Shown: positions 1 through 13,710 of the stretch, one piece after another | Numbering within the stretch: position 1 is the first letter of the stretch | Layout of the letters: each line of letters begins with the position of its first letter | From: Chiloscyllium plagiosum | Lineage: Eukaryota | Direction: 5' to 3' | Assembly (NCBI RefSeq): GCF_004010195.1 | Contig: NC_057718.1 | Coordinates: forward strand, 16,191,906 to 16,255,905 | DNA length: 64,000 nucleotides | Translations under genes and position numbers: made by a program | The notes under the pieces: model-generated | The model's database searches: none | Told to the model about the DNA's origin: nothing | What the model saw: only the letters and a program-made list of their open reading frames with translations

Positions 1-1390
1 TGTGAGAGATAAGAGTGTGGTATTGGAAAAAGCACAGCAGGTCAGGGAACACCAGAGGAGCAGGAGCCCTCCATCAGGAATGAGGCTTGTGAGCCAGGGG
101 GGTGGATAGATAAATGGGAGGGGGTGGTCTGAGGGGAAGGGTAGCTGAGAGTGCGATAGGTAGATGGAAGTGGAGGTAAAGGTGATAGATTGGAGAGGAG
201 GGTGGAATGGATAAGTGGGAAGGAAGATGGACAAGTAGGAGAGGTTATGAAGGTGGAGCTGAGTTTGAAAGTTGGAACTGGGATAAGATTGGGGTGGGGG
301 TGGGGGTCGGGGAAATGAAGAAACTGGTGAAGTCCACATTGATGCAGTGTGGTTGGAGGGTCCCAAGGCGGAAAATGAGGAGTTCTTCCTCCAGATGATG
401 GAGGAGGACAATGACCTGCATGTCATTGGCGGAATGGGAGGGGGAGTTGAAGTGTTCGGCCATAGGACGGTGAGGTTGGTTGGTCTGGATGTCCCGGAGA
501 TGTTCTCTGAAGCATTCTGCGAGCAGGGGTCCTGTCTCCCCAATGTAGAGGAGACCGCATCGGGAGCACCGGATACAGTAAATGACATCTGTGGAAGTGT
601 AAGTAAAACTCTGATGGATGTGGAAGGCTTCTTTGGGGCCTTGGATGGAGTTGAGAGGGGAAGTGTGGGTGCAGATTTTGTAATTCCTGCAGTGGCAGGG
701 GAGGTGCCAGGAGGGGAGGGTGGGTTGGTGGGAGCCATGGACCTGACAAGACACGTGGAGGGAATGGTCTTTACGGAAAGCGGATAGGGATGGGGAGGGA
801 AATATATCTCTGTTGATGGGGTCTGTTTGTAGGTTGCATAAATGGCGGATGATGATGTGATGTATCTGGAGGTTGGTGGTGTGAAAGGTGAGGGCGGGGG
901 TGATCTGTCTTTGTTGTGGTTGGACTGGTGGGTTTGAGGGCAGAGGTGTGGGAAGTGGATGAGATGCGCTGGGCATCATCGACCACATGGGAGGGGATAT
1001 TGCGGTCTCATTTCCCCTTCCCACACCTTTTTCCCAGTTTCCAACCTTCCAGCTTGGCTCTGCCCTTATGACTCGTCCTACTTGTCCATCTTCCTTCCCA
1101 CATATCCGCTGTACCCTCCCCTCTGTCCTATTTCCTTTACCCCATCTCCGTCTACCTGTCGCATTCTCAGCTACCTTCCCCACAGTCCCACCCTACCCCC
1201 TTCCCATTTATCTCTCCATCTCCTCAGCTCACAAGCCACATTCCTGATGAAGAGCTTTTGCCCGAAACGTCGACTCTCCTGCTCCTGCTCAGATGTTGCC
1301 TGATCTGGTGTGCTTTTCCAGCATCACACTCTCAACTCTGATCTCCAGCATCTGCAGTCCTCACTTTCTCCTAGTTGATTTTAACCTTAC
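1..1390 (-). mobile_element. Penelope-like element (Neptune-type), 5'-truncated, with inverted terminal repeat
   Basis: ORF 245..1183(-) contains PCHCRNYKIC...VIYCIRCSRCGLLYIGETG...CFREH (Cys linker plus GIY-YIG endonuclease). About 997-1340 is an inverted copy of about 1-320. Confidence 0.9.
1240..1275 (+). ncRNA. Minimal type I hammerhead ribozyme motif in PLE repeat
   Basis: CTGATGA-A-GAGC TTTT GCCC-GAAA-CG-TC: hammerhead core with one stem II mismatch and palindromic ACGT in place of stem III. Confidence 0.7.
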
Positions 1391-1439
1391 TATGTCTGGC
1401 GCTGGGAGACAACAGTGCTAACCACTGAGCCACCATTAG

Positions 1440-1716
1440 CAGGAGAGACAGCCTTAGAGTAAAGGTAAGACCCTCAGAACGGAGAGGACAAGCAACTACT
1501 TCAGCAGAGGGTGGTGAATCTATGGAATTCATGGCCACAGAAAGCTGTGAAGGCTAGGTCACTGAGTATATTTAAGGCAGAAATAGATAGGTTCTTGATT
1601 GTCAAGGGGATCAAAAGATATGGGGAGAAAGAGGGAGAATGGGGTTGAGATTGAATGGTGGAGCAGAGTCAATGAGCTGAATGGCCTGATTTCGGCTCCT
1701 TTGTCTCTTGGTCTTA
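1440..1716 (+). mobile_element. CR1 LINE 3' end fragment
   Basis: NYFSRGW / RVVNLWNS-type ORF2 C-terminus and CR1 3' UTR (ggctcct...tcttatgg tail). Confidence 0.8.
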
Positions 1717-2201
1717 TGGAAATTGTTGAAGATCTTTGAAAGTGTCAGAAGTTTTCCTGGTATGGTTGCAGGATATAATTAAAGCTAGACCTGTAGAAAT
1801 AGACACCAAACTGGAAGTAAAGTATCCACGGCAAGCTAAATTTGCAGATTTAATAATGAAAGAGTTGGGTTTCGTGGAAATAGAAAAGCCACGTGATACA
1901 GGCAGTGCATTGGCTGCATCAATGAATTTTGAGTTGCAGTTAACGCAATTGGGAATGAGGAAATTGGAGAGAGAATTCCAAAGGTGGATAAAGAAAGAAA
2001 GAACAGTAAGAAGAGAGGGAAAAGAGAATGGGAGGAAAGAAAAAGGAGGACAGGAATTTAAATCACAAATTATGGTAGGTTAGGTAGGTTAAACCAGACA
2101 CTTGAGTGACTTGGATTCGGAAAGTTCTAGACATAATCTGTGGTTAAATCAGGAAATAGTCAACGCAGTGCAAACTTTGCCAACATTTTGAAGATAGCAA
2201 T

Positions 2202-2545
2202 GTTAGAATCCCTACAAGTTGGAAACAGGCCCTTCGGCCCAACAAGTCCACCCCAACCTTCTGAAGAGTATCCCACCCAAACCCAATCCCCATTACTCTG
2301 CATGTACCCCTGACTAATGCACGTAACCTTCACATCCCTGAACACTATGGGCAATTTAGCACGGACATTTCACCTAACCTGAACATCTTTGGATGTGGGA
2401 AGAAACCGGGGCATCCGGAGGAAACCCACGCAGACATGGGGAGAGCATGCAAACTCCACGCAGACAGTCGCCCGAGGTTGGAGTTGAACTCGGGTCCCTG
2501 GCGCTGTGAGACAGCAATGTTAACCACTGAGCCACCGTGCTGCCC
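2202..2545 (-). mobile_element. HE1 SINE (V-SINE family), inserted in gag
   Basis: tRNA-derived head GGGCAGCACGGTGGCTCAGTGGTTA on the minus strand, V-domain gtgtggagtttgca, CR1-like tail. Confidence 0.9.
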
Positions 2546-4441
2546 CAGTGTGGAAGCATTTTTCATATTGTTTGAGAAAGTAGCAACCCAAACGAAGTGG
2601 CCAGTAGCAGATTGGACCTTGCCCATGCCAAGTAAATTAACTGGTAAAGCATAAGAGATTTATGCATCCCTATTGGAAGAATGATCAAGGGATTATGCTG
2701 GGGTTAAAGGGATATTCTAAGTGCATATGAATTAGTCCCAGAAGTGTACAGGCAGGGGCTATGCAACTTGCTGAAATAGCCCAGACAAACTTTCTGTTGA
2801 GTTTGAGAGGGTTAAGTAAAATAATTTTGACAGGTGGATAAGGGTCTTAAATGTTGAGAATATTTGTGATGCACTTAGAGAAATTTTTCTTTTAAAAGAT
2901 TTTAAAACTACACTACCTTCTGTGATCAGAACTCGTGTAGAAGACTAAAGAACAGCAACGACAAGACAAGCAGCTATAATGATTGGTGGTTATCAACTGA
3001 TCCGTAAATCTTTTTTCCATCACCCCGGAACTTTGTGAAGAATAGAAGTGGGAGAGTGAAAAGATGGCAGTGTACGGAATGAACTGTAGGGAACACCCCA
3101 AGAACTCCTCAGAATAAGAAAGAGATCGCTGAGGATGGAGGTGAAGTTTGGAAGCTTAAATGTTTCTATGTAATGTTAGGCCTCGTGCTTTCAGAATGTT
3201 GCAAGGTGCAAGATAAACTCATGGAACTTATAGGAGTAAGTAAACATGTCAGAAAAGGAAACTGAAAATAATCTTACCATGGACCAAGTTGTAGCTGTAA
3301 CAATTACGAAAAAGGCCGGAGATAAAGTCTATCATTAATAAAAAAAAAAATGTTCAGCTGTGTGAGAAATACAAGATTTTAGTTGAAGGGGTAGGTGACT
3401 CATTTTTCTTCAGGTGATATAGCTAAACCCATACCCATACTAAAAACCCTGGATGAATGCTCACTTCTACTAGAGAAACTGTTAGTTTTCTATCTGTAGA
3501 GTTTGATCGAAGCTAAGGTACTAATAAATGGGATTGGTGCAGAATATATTCTGGTTCCAGTATTTAATGGGCCGACTGGCCTGTTTCCATGCTTGTAGGG
3601 ATTCTGTGATTCAATATAATGTACAACTGGAATGTGAGTTAATATCAGGAGAAGTAATTGCCAGAGTAATGAAGACATTACTTATTGAGAGAGTAGACTT
3701 TCTTCGAAGTAATGGTGTGGCAGGATGAAAGGTTGTAGCTTCATCTATAGCTAGAGTGTCCAAAGGAGGTTCAAAAACATTTGTAGAAACAGGTTCCTGG
3801 TGTTTTTCCCTTGAATGTAGTAGCCAGAGTGATGGTTAAACAAAAACTATCAACAAGCATTGATGTGATGTCACAAACAATTGAAAGACTAAGTGGAATT
3901 TTCCTAAGAGATGAAAATAATTCAGGCAGAGTGTTTGATATGCCATCCCTAATTGAAACACAAGAAAAAGATCCTGAATTACATACATTTACAGTCAGTT
4001 AATGTGGAGGTAACGGATGAAGGAGTTCTGTTGTGCTATTATCTGAAGAACAAATTATTGACGAGGAAGTGGAGGCACCACCCCCACAGACCCACAGGCA
4101 AAAGGATGGACTGGGGCACAGATAGTAGTATATTCATACAATAGCTGGACAGTATTGTGAGTAGCATATGAAATTCCCTTGACAGGGCAAATGGGGGATT
4201 TGAAAAACTCAGGTATTCATAAGCAGATGTTTTTCCTGGCCAAAACTGAATAAATATGGTGTCCAGTTTTATAAAACATGCCATCCTTGCCTAGTTGTAG
4301 GTAAAATTCATCATATAATTAAACCCTGATTTCTATATTGATTTCCGAGGAACCATTCAGTCTTATACTAGTGGATTGTGTAGGGCCGTTATCTAAAATG
4401 GAAGTTGGAAACGAATAAATCCTGACTTTTATGGATATGAC

Positions 4442-4637
4442 TACTGTAATTTCTTTTATAGTATGATAGTCACATTTCTGTGTGACCCCACATTATACAA
4501 GAATCGTGCAATACAAATAATAGTCATGCTATAGCCGACACGTTTTAAAATTGTGCGCATTAGAAACAGCGAACCCTATTCGTCAATTGTGTTACAGCAA
4601 ATTTGCATTGACGAAATATGCATTATTGGAGAACAAT
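4442..4637. mobile_element. Decayed MITE-like insertion in the integrase
   Basis: About 190 bp interrupting the integrase between MDMTT and FPEA. Loose terminal inverted repeats and a perfect internal inverted 9-mer (TTCGTCAAT 4579-4587 / ATTGACGAA 4607-4615). Confidence 0.55.
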
Positions 4638-4754
4638 TTCCAGAGGCTGCTTTGTTGAGGTCAATCAGAGCTAAGGTGAAAGTGGGAAAAAAAACTGAAG
4701 AGTTTTTTTTACTTATGGTCTACCAATAGAATTACAATCTGATCAAACGTTGTA

Positions 4755-6280
4755 AAAGAAACTTGATTGAGTTTTTTGAAGAAGTAGCAAAGGGATTGAT
4801 GAGGACAGAGTGATAGATGTGATCTGTATGGACTTCAGTAAGGCGTTCAACAAGATTCCCCAAGGAAAATTGGTTAGCAAGGTTAGATCTCGTGGAATAC
4901 AGGGAGAACTAACCATTTGGATACAAAATTGGCTCGAAGGTAGAAGACAGAGGTTGGTGGTGGAGACTTGTTTTTAAGACAGGAGGATTGTGACCAGTGG
5001 GGTGCCACAAGGATCCGGTGCTGGGTCCACAACTTTCGTAATTTATATAAATGATTTGGATGTGAACATGAGAATTGGTTAGTGAGTTTGCAGATGACAC
5101 CAAAATTGGAGGGGTAGTGGACAGCAAAGAAGGTTACCTCAGATTACAACGGGATCTTGATCAGATGGGCCAATGGGCTGAGAAGTGGCAGATGGAGTTT
5201 AATTTAGATAAATGCGAGGTGCTGCATTTTGGGAAAGCCAATCTTAGCAGGGCTTATACACTTAATGGTAAGGTCCCAGGGAGTGTTGCTGAATAAAGAG
5301 ACCTTGGGGTACATGTTCATAGCTCCTTGAAAGTAGAGTTGCAGATAGATATGATAGTGAAGAAGGCGTTTGGTATGCTTTCTTTTATTGATCAGAGTAT
5401 GGAGTACAGAAGTTGGGAGATTAGATTAGATTACTTACAGTGTGGAAACAGGCCCTTCGGCCCAACAAGTCCACACCGACCCGCCGAAGCGCAACCCACC
5501 CATACTCCTACATCTACCCCTTACCTAACACTACGGGCAATTTAGCATGGCCAATTCACCTGACCTGCACATCTTTGGACTGTGGGAGGAAACCGGAGCA
5601 CCCGGAGGAAACCCACGCAGACACTGGGAGAATGTGCAAACTCCACACAGTCAGTCGCCTGAGGCGGGAATTGAACCCAGGTCTCTGGCGCTGTGAGGCA
5701 GCAGTGTGGCTGTACAGGACATTGGTTAGGCTACTGTTGGAATATTGTGTGTAATTCCGGTCTCCTTCCTATTGGAAGGATGTTGTGAAACTTGAAAGGT
5801 TCAGTAAAGATTTACAAGGATGTTGCTGGGGTTGGAGGATTTGAGCTATAAGGAGAGGCTGAATAGGCTGAAGCTGTTTTCCCTGAGCGTTGGAGGTTGA
5901 GGGGTGACCTTACAGAGGGTAATGAAATCATGAGCGGCGTGGGTAGGATAAATAGACAGACTCTTTTCCCTGGGGTGGAGGGGACCATAACTAGAGGGTA
6001 TAGGTTTAGGGTGAAAGGGGAAAGGTATAAAAGAGACCTTAGGGGCAACTTTTTCATGCAGAGGGTGGTACGTATATGAATTGAGCTGCCAGAGGAAGTG
6101 GTGGAGGCCGGTACAATTGCAACATTTAAAAGGTATCTGGATGGGTATATGAATAGGAAGGGTTTGGAGGAATATGGGTTGGGTGCTGGCAGGTGGGACT
6201 AGATCGCGTTGGGATATCTGATCGGCATGGACGAGTTGGACCGAAGGGTCTGTTTCTGCGCTGTATGTCTCTATGACTCT
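4755..6280 (+). mobile_element. CR1 (HER1-type) LINE, 5'-truncated, inserted in the integrase
   Basis: RT motifs YMDFSKAF, GVPQG, FADDTKIGG; ctctatgactct tail at about 6280. Confidence 0.92.
5419..5706 (-). mobile_element. HE1 SINE nested in CR1
   Basis: HE1 body with (attag)n tail. Confidence 0.9.
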
Positions 6281-7399
6281 AATTTTCAGCATATCATAAG
6301 TAGCTTGGGATTTAACAACTGAAATCAACCAACCATTAACCCAAGATGTTTTGTAGTGGTATCACCAGACTCTCAAAGCCATGTTAAAAGCCCATTGTTA
6401 TAAGTTTCCAAAGGATTGGGACAAGGGTTAGATTTCCTCTGATTTGCAACTAGAGATTTTCCTACTGAATCTACCAGCTTTAGCCCATTTGAATTAGTTT
6501 ATGGCCATGAAATAAGAGGACGACTAATACTAATTGAAGAGAAATTAAATCAGAAATCTTCAATTTTAGATTGTGTCCATATTGTCAGAAAGTTAACCGG
6601 AGCATGTAAAATTGTGCAGGAGCATTTGTAAACTTGCAAAACAAAAGAGTGGGCAGATAAATGTGTGACAACCAGAAATTTCAAAGCAGGAGATGAAGTC
6701 TTGATTCTGTTGCCTTTATCAGGTGATCCGCTAGAAGCAAGATTCAGTATCCCTACAAAGTAGTCAAAAGAGGTTAATAAGGTGACATGTAATTGATACA
6801 TCTGTCTGTAGGAAAAGGAATTGATTATGTGATGTGACAGTGTTAAAACATTACTGTCATAGAGATGATGACGAGAAAGTACAAATGTGTCAAGTAGTAA
6901 ATATAATAGAGGAGAATAGAAGAAAGAGGGATGAAAACAAAGAAGAAATGGGCATTTCCCATAGGAAACCTTCTCCTTTTAACAAATTTAGAAACAGACA
7001 CTTTTCATATCTGGAGAAAGATATCGTGAAATTGCTTAGAAAATACAAAAAAGTATCGTAAAATTACTTAGAAAGTACAAAGAAGTTCGCAAAGATATGC
7101 TTGGGGGTGTATCTTATTGACCAAACACTATGTTAATTTAGGTAATTCAGGTATGATTTTTAAAAGAAAGGCAATCATTAAACTCGAAGATACAGGGCCA
7201 AACAACAAAGGTACATCAACATATATTGGCGAATTAATTGATTGAACCAAGCCATAATAATCGAAGTTCTCTTGTGGAATTGGTTTCTAAACCAGATTAT
7301 GTAGTCTATAGGGAAGTAAATACAGTTGCAAAGACAAATTTGTACCTTATTCCTTGACTAAAGATTGTATTGATAGAGTTGATAGTGCATCATTATCTG

Positions 7400-9414
7400 A
7401 AACTAAAAGAGTTCATAAAAATACAAAGAAGAGCACAGATTCTGCTGATAAGGAAAGATACAATGGCAAGTGAATGGCCGCAAAACAGCTTATAAGAGCT
7501 ACTAAAAGGGATTATGAAAGGAAACTTGCCAATAACGTAAAGATCAATAAGAAATTTTATAGTTACATAAAGGAATGCAGGTAGTCAGTAGCAATGTTGG
7601 CCCACTAAATACTAAAAGTGGGGATATTGTCAATGGTATGTGGGGAAATGGCAGACATGTTGAATAATTATTTTACCTCATTATTTGCATTAGAAAAGAA
7701 GTCCTGAGGAAATTAATAGTGAATTGGAGACTCGGACTGAATAAAATTAATATAAGTAAAACATTGGTAGTGAGGAAATTAATTAAATTAAAGAGTGACA
7801 AATCCCTGGGACCTGATGGTTTCCGTCAGTGTGTTAAAGGAATTAGGGGAGCAAATTGCAGATGCCATACTATGATCTCTGAATTTCTTAGGTATAATAA
7901 TCTTCCCTCTGGATTAAACAATTGTACGTACCACTCTACTTTAAGAAGGCAAAAGAGGGAAGCCAGGGAATTACAGACCAGTTATTGTAACATCTGTGGT
8001 GGGGAAATTGTTGGAATCTATAATCAAGCACGGGGTAACTAAACACCTTGACAATTTTCAGTTAATTGGGGAAACCCAGCATGGATTCATGACATGCAGG
8101 TCATGCCTGACAAGCCTTATTAAATTTTTTGAAATGGTGACTAAAGTAGTGTACAGAGGAATGTCTTTGCATTTTGATTATATGGATTTCCAGAAGACTT
8201 AATGAAGTTCCACAGAAGAAACTGTTAACTAAGGTAGTGCGCAGAATTGAAGGTAAATTACTGATGTGGCTGGAAAATTGGTTGAGTTGCAGGTGACAGT
8301 GCAGAAATAGCAGATACTCAAAATGGCAGGATGTGACCAGTGATGTCTACAAGGTTCTGTATTAAGACCTCGTTTATTTGTATGAATTATTAGTGACTGA
8401 CAGAAAATATGGCAGTGTAAGCAAGCATGAGGTTATCAATTTTTGGACTGAGAAAGGATAGATCAGGGTACTCTTTATCTGGTGTGAAGTTAAATGCTTG
8501 CCTTTGTTGATTGTGGAATTGAGTATCAGAGTCAGGATATCATGTTGCAACTTTAGAAGACTTTGGTTAGGCCACATTTGAGTATTGCATTCAATTCTGG
8601 TTGCCACTTTACAGGAAGAACATGGAGGCTTTGGAAGAGGTTTACTAGAATGCTGCCTGGATTACAGGGTATGAGCTATAAGGAAAGGCTAGAAGAACTC
8701 AAGTTGTTTTCACTGGAGCGACAAAGGCTGAAGGAAGACTTGATAGAACTTTATAAAAGTTGACGGTCAGAAGTCTTTTTCCCAAAGTTGAAATGTCTAA
8801 TACTAAGAGGCCTGCATTTAAGCCGAGAGGGGTAAAGATCAAAGGAGATGTGAGGGGCAAGATTTTTACAGAGAAAGATAGGAGTCTGGAACATGCTGCC
8901 AGGGCTGGTGGTGGAGGCAGATACGGTCAAGGCGTTTAAGGACATTTTAGACAAGCACATAAATATGCAAGAAATGGAGGGATATTGTCTGAAGGCAGAC
9001 AGAAGGGATTAGTTTAATTTGGTGTCACGTTTGGCACAACATCGTGGGCTGAAGAGCTTGGTCCTGTGTTGTACTGTTCTAAATGCAGTGGATGTCCAAA
9101 GAAACTCAGGTGCTTGGATATTTAAAATTGCATGAACAGGTGCAGAAAATAATAAGGAAAACTAATGGAATATTAGCCTTTATAAATGAGAACTGGAATG
9201 CAAGGATGCAGAAATTATGCTACAGTTATACAGTAACCTAGTTAGATCCCATTGTGAGCAAATCTGGACACCACACCTTAGGAAAGATATGTTAGCCATG
9301 AAGGGAGAACAGCCTAGGTTTACAAGAATGATACCTGGACTTCAGGATTGTAAAGAGAAATTACATGAATTAGGCCTGTTTCCCCTAAAATTTAGAAGGC
9401 TAAGGTGTGATTTA
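7400..9414 (+). mobile_element. Old CR1 LINE inserted in the gypsy RT; a younger CR1 3' fragment is nested at about 8490-9080
   Basis: KSLGPDG, QHGF..RSCLT, YMDFQK and LHELGLF motifs; ends abruptly at 9414. Confidence 0.85.
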
Positions 9415-9752
9415 AATAGGATCCTACAGTGTAGAAACAGGCCATTTGGTCCAACAAGACCCTCTGAAGAGCATCCCATTCAGACCCATTCCCCCTATCC
9501 TATAACCCTGCATTTCCCATGGCTAATGCAACTAATCTACACAGCCCTGAGCACTATGGAGAATGTAGCATAGCCAATCCACCTAACCTGCACATCTTTG
9601 AACTCTGGGAGGAAACTGGAGCACCCGGTGGAAACCCACGCAGGCACAGGGAAGATGTGCAAACTCCACACATACTCGCCTAAAGGTAGAATCAAACCTG
9701 GGTCCCTGCTGCAGTGAGGCAGTAGTGCTAACCACTGAGCCACCGTGCTGCC
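9415..9752 (-). mobile_element. HE1 SINE
   Basis: Full HE1 head and body on the minus strand. Confidence 0.88.
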
Positions 9753-9814
9753 TCTAAAATTCCCTAATTTCCCAGAGGACAGCTAAGAGTCAACCACATT
9801 GCTGTGGGTCTGGA

Positions 9815-10140
9815 ACCCTCAACCCACTGGCCCAGTTGATCAAAGTCCAGTTGTACTCTTAGATAACCTTCATTACCATCAATTTTGGTATCATCTGCAA
9901 ACTTACTAACCAGGTCTGTTATATTCTCATCCAAATCATGTATATAAAAGAGGAGCAACAGTGGACCGATCCATAGGCCTCCAGTCTGAACAACTATCCT
10001 CTATTACCAGCCTCGATCTCTTACCGTCAAGCCAATTTTGTATCCAACTGGCTAGCTCTCCCTGGATCCAGTGTGATTTAACCTTACTAAGCAGGCTACC
10101 ATATGGAACCTTGCCAAAGGCTTTGCTAGTGTCCATGTAG
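9815..10140 (-). mobile_element. CR1 RT fragment flanking the gypsy 3' LTR
   Basis: MDTSKAFGKVP and KFADDTK motifs. Confidence 0.85.
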
Positions 10141-10780
10141 TGTTATGGACCACACCAAACTCCCTTCAGATATACCAAGGACATAGCCTGAACCCTAACT
10201 TTTATCTTATTTAAAGGCAAGTGTAAGGAGTTGTGTTCCAGATGTATTTTGATTGGTCTCGCTACTCAGCTCTAAGCAAAACACTTTATTCTTATACTCA
10301 GTAACATGCAAACAAAAGAAAGAAGAAGTGGTATAACTTTAACTTTATTAGAAACTTAACAGAAGAATAGATTATTTAACTATTAAACAGCAACTGATCA
10401 AATGTAGTGACATCCCGTAAACACACCCTTGGCAAAGGCAAATTCAGGAGAATATAGTCTCAGATGTGATGTTTCTCCAGTCCAGGAGAAAAGAACACCA
10501 AGGGAAAATTCTGCTATGGCTGAGACAGCTGTATATTAACATCCACAGCCAATTTCAAAACCCCAGTAATTGCAAATTAAATTAAAACCCCTAGTTCTGT
10601 GGGAGCCTGACTGTAACCATCACATTGCTTCTGTTGTTCTAACGTTATAAAAAAACCCAGGGCGCCTCAAACTGTTCACTTTATTTGCTTGGAAGAGACA
10701 ATTTGGTACCTCTGGCTCAAAACCTATCTTTAAAAAACAACCAGCACAAAACACTCCTCTTAAAGCCATAATATTGTCAC
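10141..10780 (-). repeat. 3' LTR of the Gmr1-like element
   Basis: Minus strand reads TGTGACAAT...CCATAACA and is preceded by the purine tract AAGGGAAGA (10781-10789). Homologous to 28385-29013 and 45579-50843. Confidence 0.8.
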
Positions 10781-10875
10781 ATCTTCCCTTAAAAAAATTT
10801 AAGAATATAATTTACGAATTAAGGATGTTGTCTAGTGATGGGAAGAAGCATGAATTGATGAGAGTTTTGTTTGGA

Positions 10876-11555
10876 GTCATACAGTCATAGAAATGTACAG
10901 CACGGAAACAGACCCTTTGATCCAACTCATCCATGCCTACCAATATCCTAACCTAATCTAGTTTCCTTTGCCAGCACCTGGTCCATATCCCTCTAACCCC
11001 TTCCGACTCAAATACTCATTCAGATGCGTTTTAAATGCTGTAATTTGTACCTGCCTCCACCACTTCCTCTGGCAGCTCATTCCATACACATACCACCCTC
11101 TGCGTGAAAAGTTGCTTCTTTGGTCCCTTTTATATCTTTCTCCTCTCACCCTAAACCTCTAGTTCCATGGAAAAGGCCTTGCCTATTTATCCTGTCCATG
11201 CCCCTCATGATTTTATAAATTTCTGTAAGGTTACCCCTCAGCCTCCAACGTTCCAGGCAAAACAGCCCCAGCCTATTCAGCCTTTCTCTATTGCTCAAAT
11301 CCTCCAACCCTGGCAACATCCTTGTAAATCTTTTCTGAAACCTTTCAAGTTTCACAAGATCCTCTCAATAGTAAGGAGATCAGAATTACAACCATTATTC
11401 CAAAAGTGTGCTAACCAGTGTCCTGTACACCCGCAACATGACCTCCTAACTCCTGTACTCAATGCTCTGACCAATAAAGGAAAGCATAACAGACGTCTTC
11501 TTCACTACGCTATCTACTGCGACTCTACTTTCAAGGGACTAAGAACCTGCACTCC
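10876..11555 (-). mobile_element. CR1 LINE 3' fragment
   Basis: KLERFQKRFTRMLPGLE motif and CR1 tail. Confidence 0.9.
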
Positions 11556-13710
11556 GTTTGTTGTCATTTAAGTGCTACTGATCTTGTCATGAAATGAATT
11601 TTTGAAATGGCTTTTCATGTTTTGAGGGTTGATGCACATTAAAACCCTAGCAGTTTTATATTTTTAAAATCATTTGAGATTTGAATGTGATCCTTGGTCT
11701 GATAGCTTTCTTTTTTTTAAAAACAAAAAAAAACCTGATATTTATTTTTTGGACCTGACCTGGAAGTTGATTGTAGGTGGATTCTTGTTCAAAGAACACT
11801 GGGTAGATGTTTCGGCTGTGAATGTGCATTGTCCTCAAGTGTTAGGGGATGTTCGGATGTTTATGGGCTATCACCTAGAAGCCAGTGCCAACCAATCTAA
11901 CAAAAAGAATGTTGAAAAAACAAAAAAGAACCAAAGTTTGAACTGTTTTTTTTTGTCAGAAGGATTGTGGCTCAGAAAGCTACAGGATGGCTGTTTGGTC
12001 ATTTCCTTCCATTGCCAACTTACCGAAGGTTCAGAGAATAGAATCCCAGTTAGAAGAATAAAAGAATAATACCTCAGAGACTACTGCAAGCTATTTCTAT
12101 TGATTGGTATCTTCATAAATTAACATTCCAATGTTATTGGAAACACTAACAAACTAAAATGAACCATCTGGTGAAGACATTTTTAACGGAAACTTGGACC
12201 TTTGCACAATGTCTAAAAGGAAAGAACCACCTTTGAGATAAAAGATTCAAAGACACTAATGAGTAATCATAGAATTCTGTGAAACTCTCAACTTTTACAT
12301 AAACCTTCTGGCAAACAGCAAGACTTTTGGATATCATGCGACGTCTGATTATCCACCAGTAGAACTGGCATAGCTATCAGGAACAGTTCCTCCATTCTGT
12401 TTATACAGCTATTAGCAATCTGGAAAGAGGCATTAATCACAAATTGTCTTTAAATGTCTACTGTCTTTTGTTTTTGAAAAGCTGCAGTCAATTTGTGTCA
12501 GTAGATCCTCAATGATAAAATCAGCCTCACTACTATATTCAAAACACAGTAAAATTAAAGCAATGATGATCAGAATTGTCTGAATAGATCCTAGCCAGAC
12601 CTTTTGAATAACCAGTACCAAATATCAAATTAATAGCTTAAACAAAAGAAATAACAATTTGTTACTAATACAGTAGCTTTAGCTGAGCAAAGATAAAAAA
12701 TGTAATTAATTAATGTCTGTGATTTAAACCCAGTCTTCTTTGATTCTAGCCTCCACTCTCTCAAAGATAGACAACGAAGAATAAGTTGAAATAAAAATAA
12801 GATATAAACTGGCCAATTCAATTATGCAGTTTCAATGATTCAAAGAATTACAGGCATATGGGATTGTAACTGGCCTGATTTCTGAACAGTTTACATTTGG
12901 GATAAAGCATTAACAATTACATTTTCTTTCACAGAAATATGTACAATATTTACATTAAAATAGCTGCTGTATCAACCTGCAGCAGAATAGTCTAGGAGTA
13001 TTAGTATTACATTTCTCAATAAAAGTTAATGGATTATGATCAGTAAAAACTAAAGTTTCAGTTTTCATGTTGAATATAAACTTTCGAAGTGTTGAAGAGT
13101 TGCCAATACAGCTAATGCCCTCTTTTCTGATCTTGCTTCAACTTCTTCGAAAAATAAGCTATTAGCTTCTCCATTCCAACTTTGTCATCTTGTAGGAGAA
13201 ATGTACCAATTCCCACATTATCAGCATCTGCTGCAAGAGTCATAGAGATGTACAGCATGGAAACAGACCCTTCGGTCCAACCTGTCCACAATGACCAGAT
13301 ATCCCAACCCAATTTAGTCCCACCTGCCAGTACCCCGCCCATATCCCTCCAAACCTTTCCTATTCATATACCCATCCAAATGCCTCTTAAATGTTGCAAT
13401 TGTACCAGCCTCCACCATGTCCTCTGGCAGCTCATTCCATACATGTACCACCCTCTGTGTGAAAAAGTTGCCCCTTAGGTCTCTTTTATATCTTTCCCCT
13501 CTTTCCCCTATGCCCTCTAGTTCTGGACTCCCCGACCCCAGGGAAAAGACTTTGCCTATTTATCCTATCCATGCCTCTCATAATTTTGTAAACCTCTATA
13601 AGGTCACCCCTCAGCCACTCCAGGGAAAACAGCCCCAGCCTGTTCAGCCTCTCCCTATAGCTCAAATGCTCCAACCCTGGCAACATCCTTATAAATCTTT
13701 TCTGAACCCT

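Larger units (their letters stand above)
1720..7400 (+). mobile_element. Gmr1-like Ty3/gypsy LTR retrotransposon, 5' part (decayed gag, protease, integrase, start of RT)
   Basis: SCAN-like gag (EAFFILFEKVA..KWP..W, about 2555-2900); zinc-knuckle remnant at about 3160-3200; protease C-terminus DFLRSNGVAG at about 3700; integrase TCHPC (about 4280), VDCVGPL (about 4370), LQSDQ (about 4735), FSPFELVYGHEIRG (about 6480); then RT N-terminus YREVN..DCIDRV (7300-7390). Integrase precedes RT, the Gmr1 order. Confidence 0.85.
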
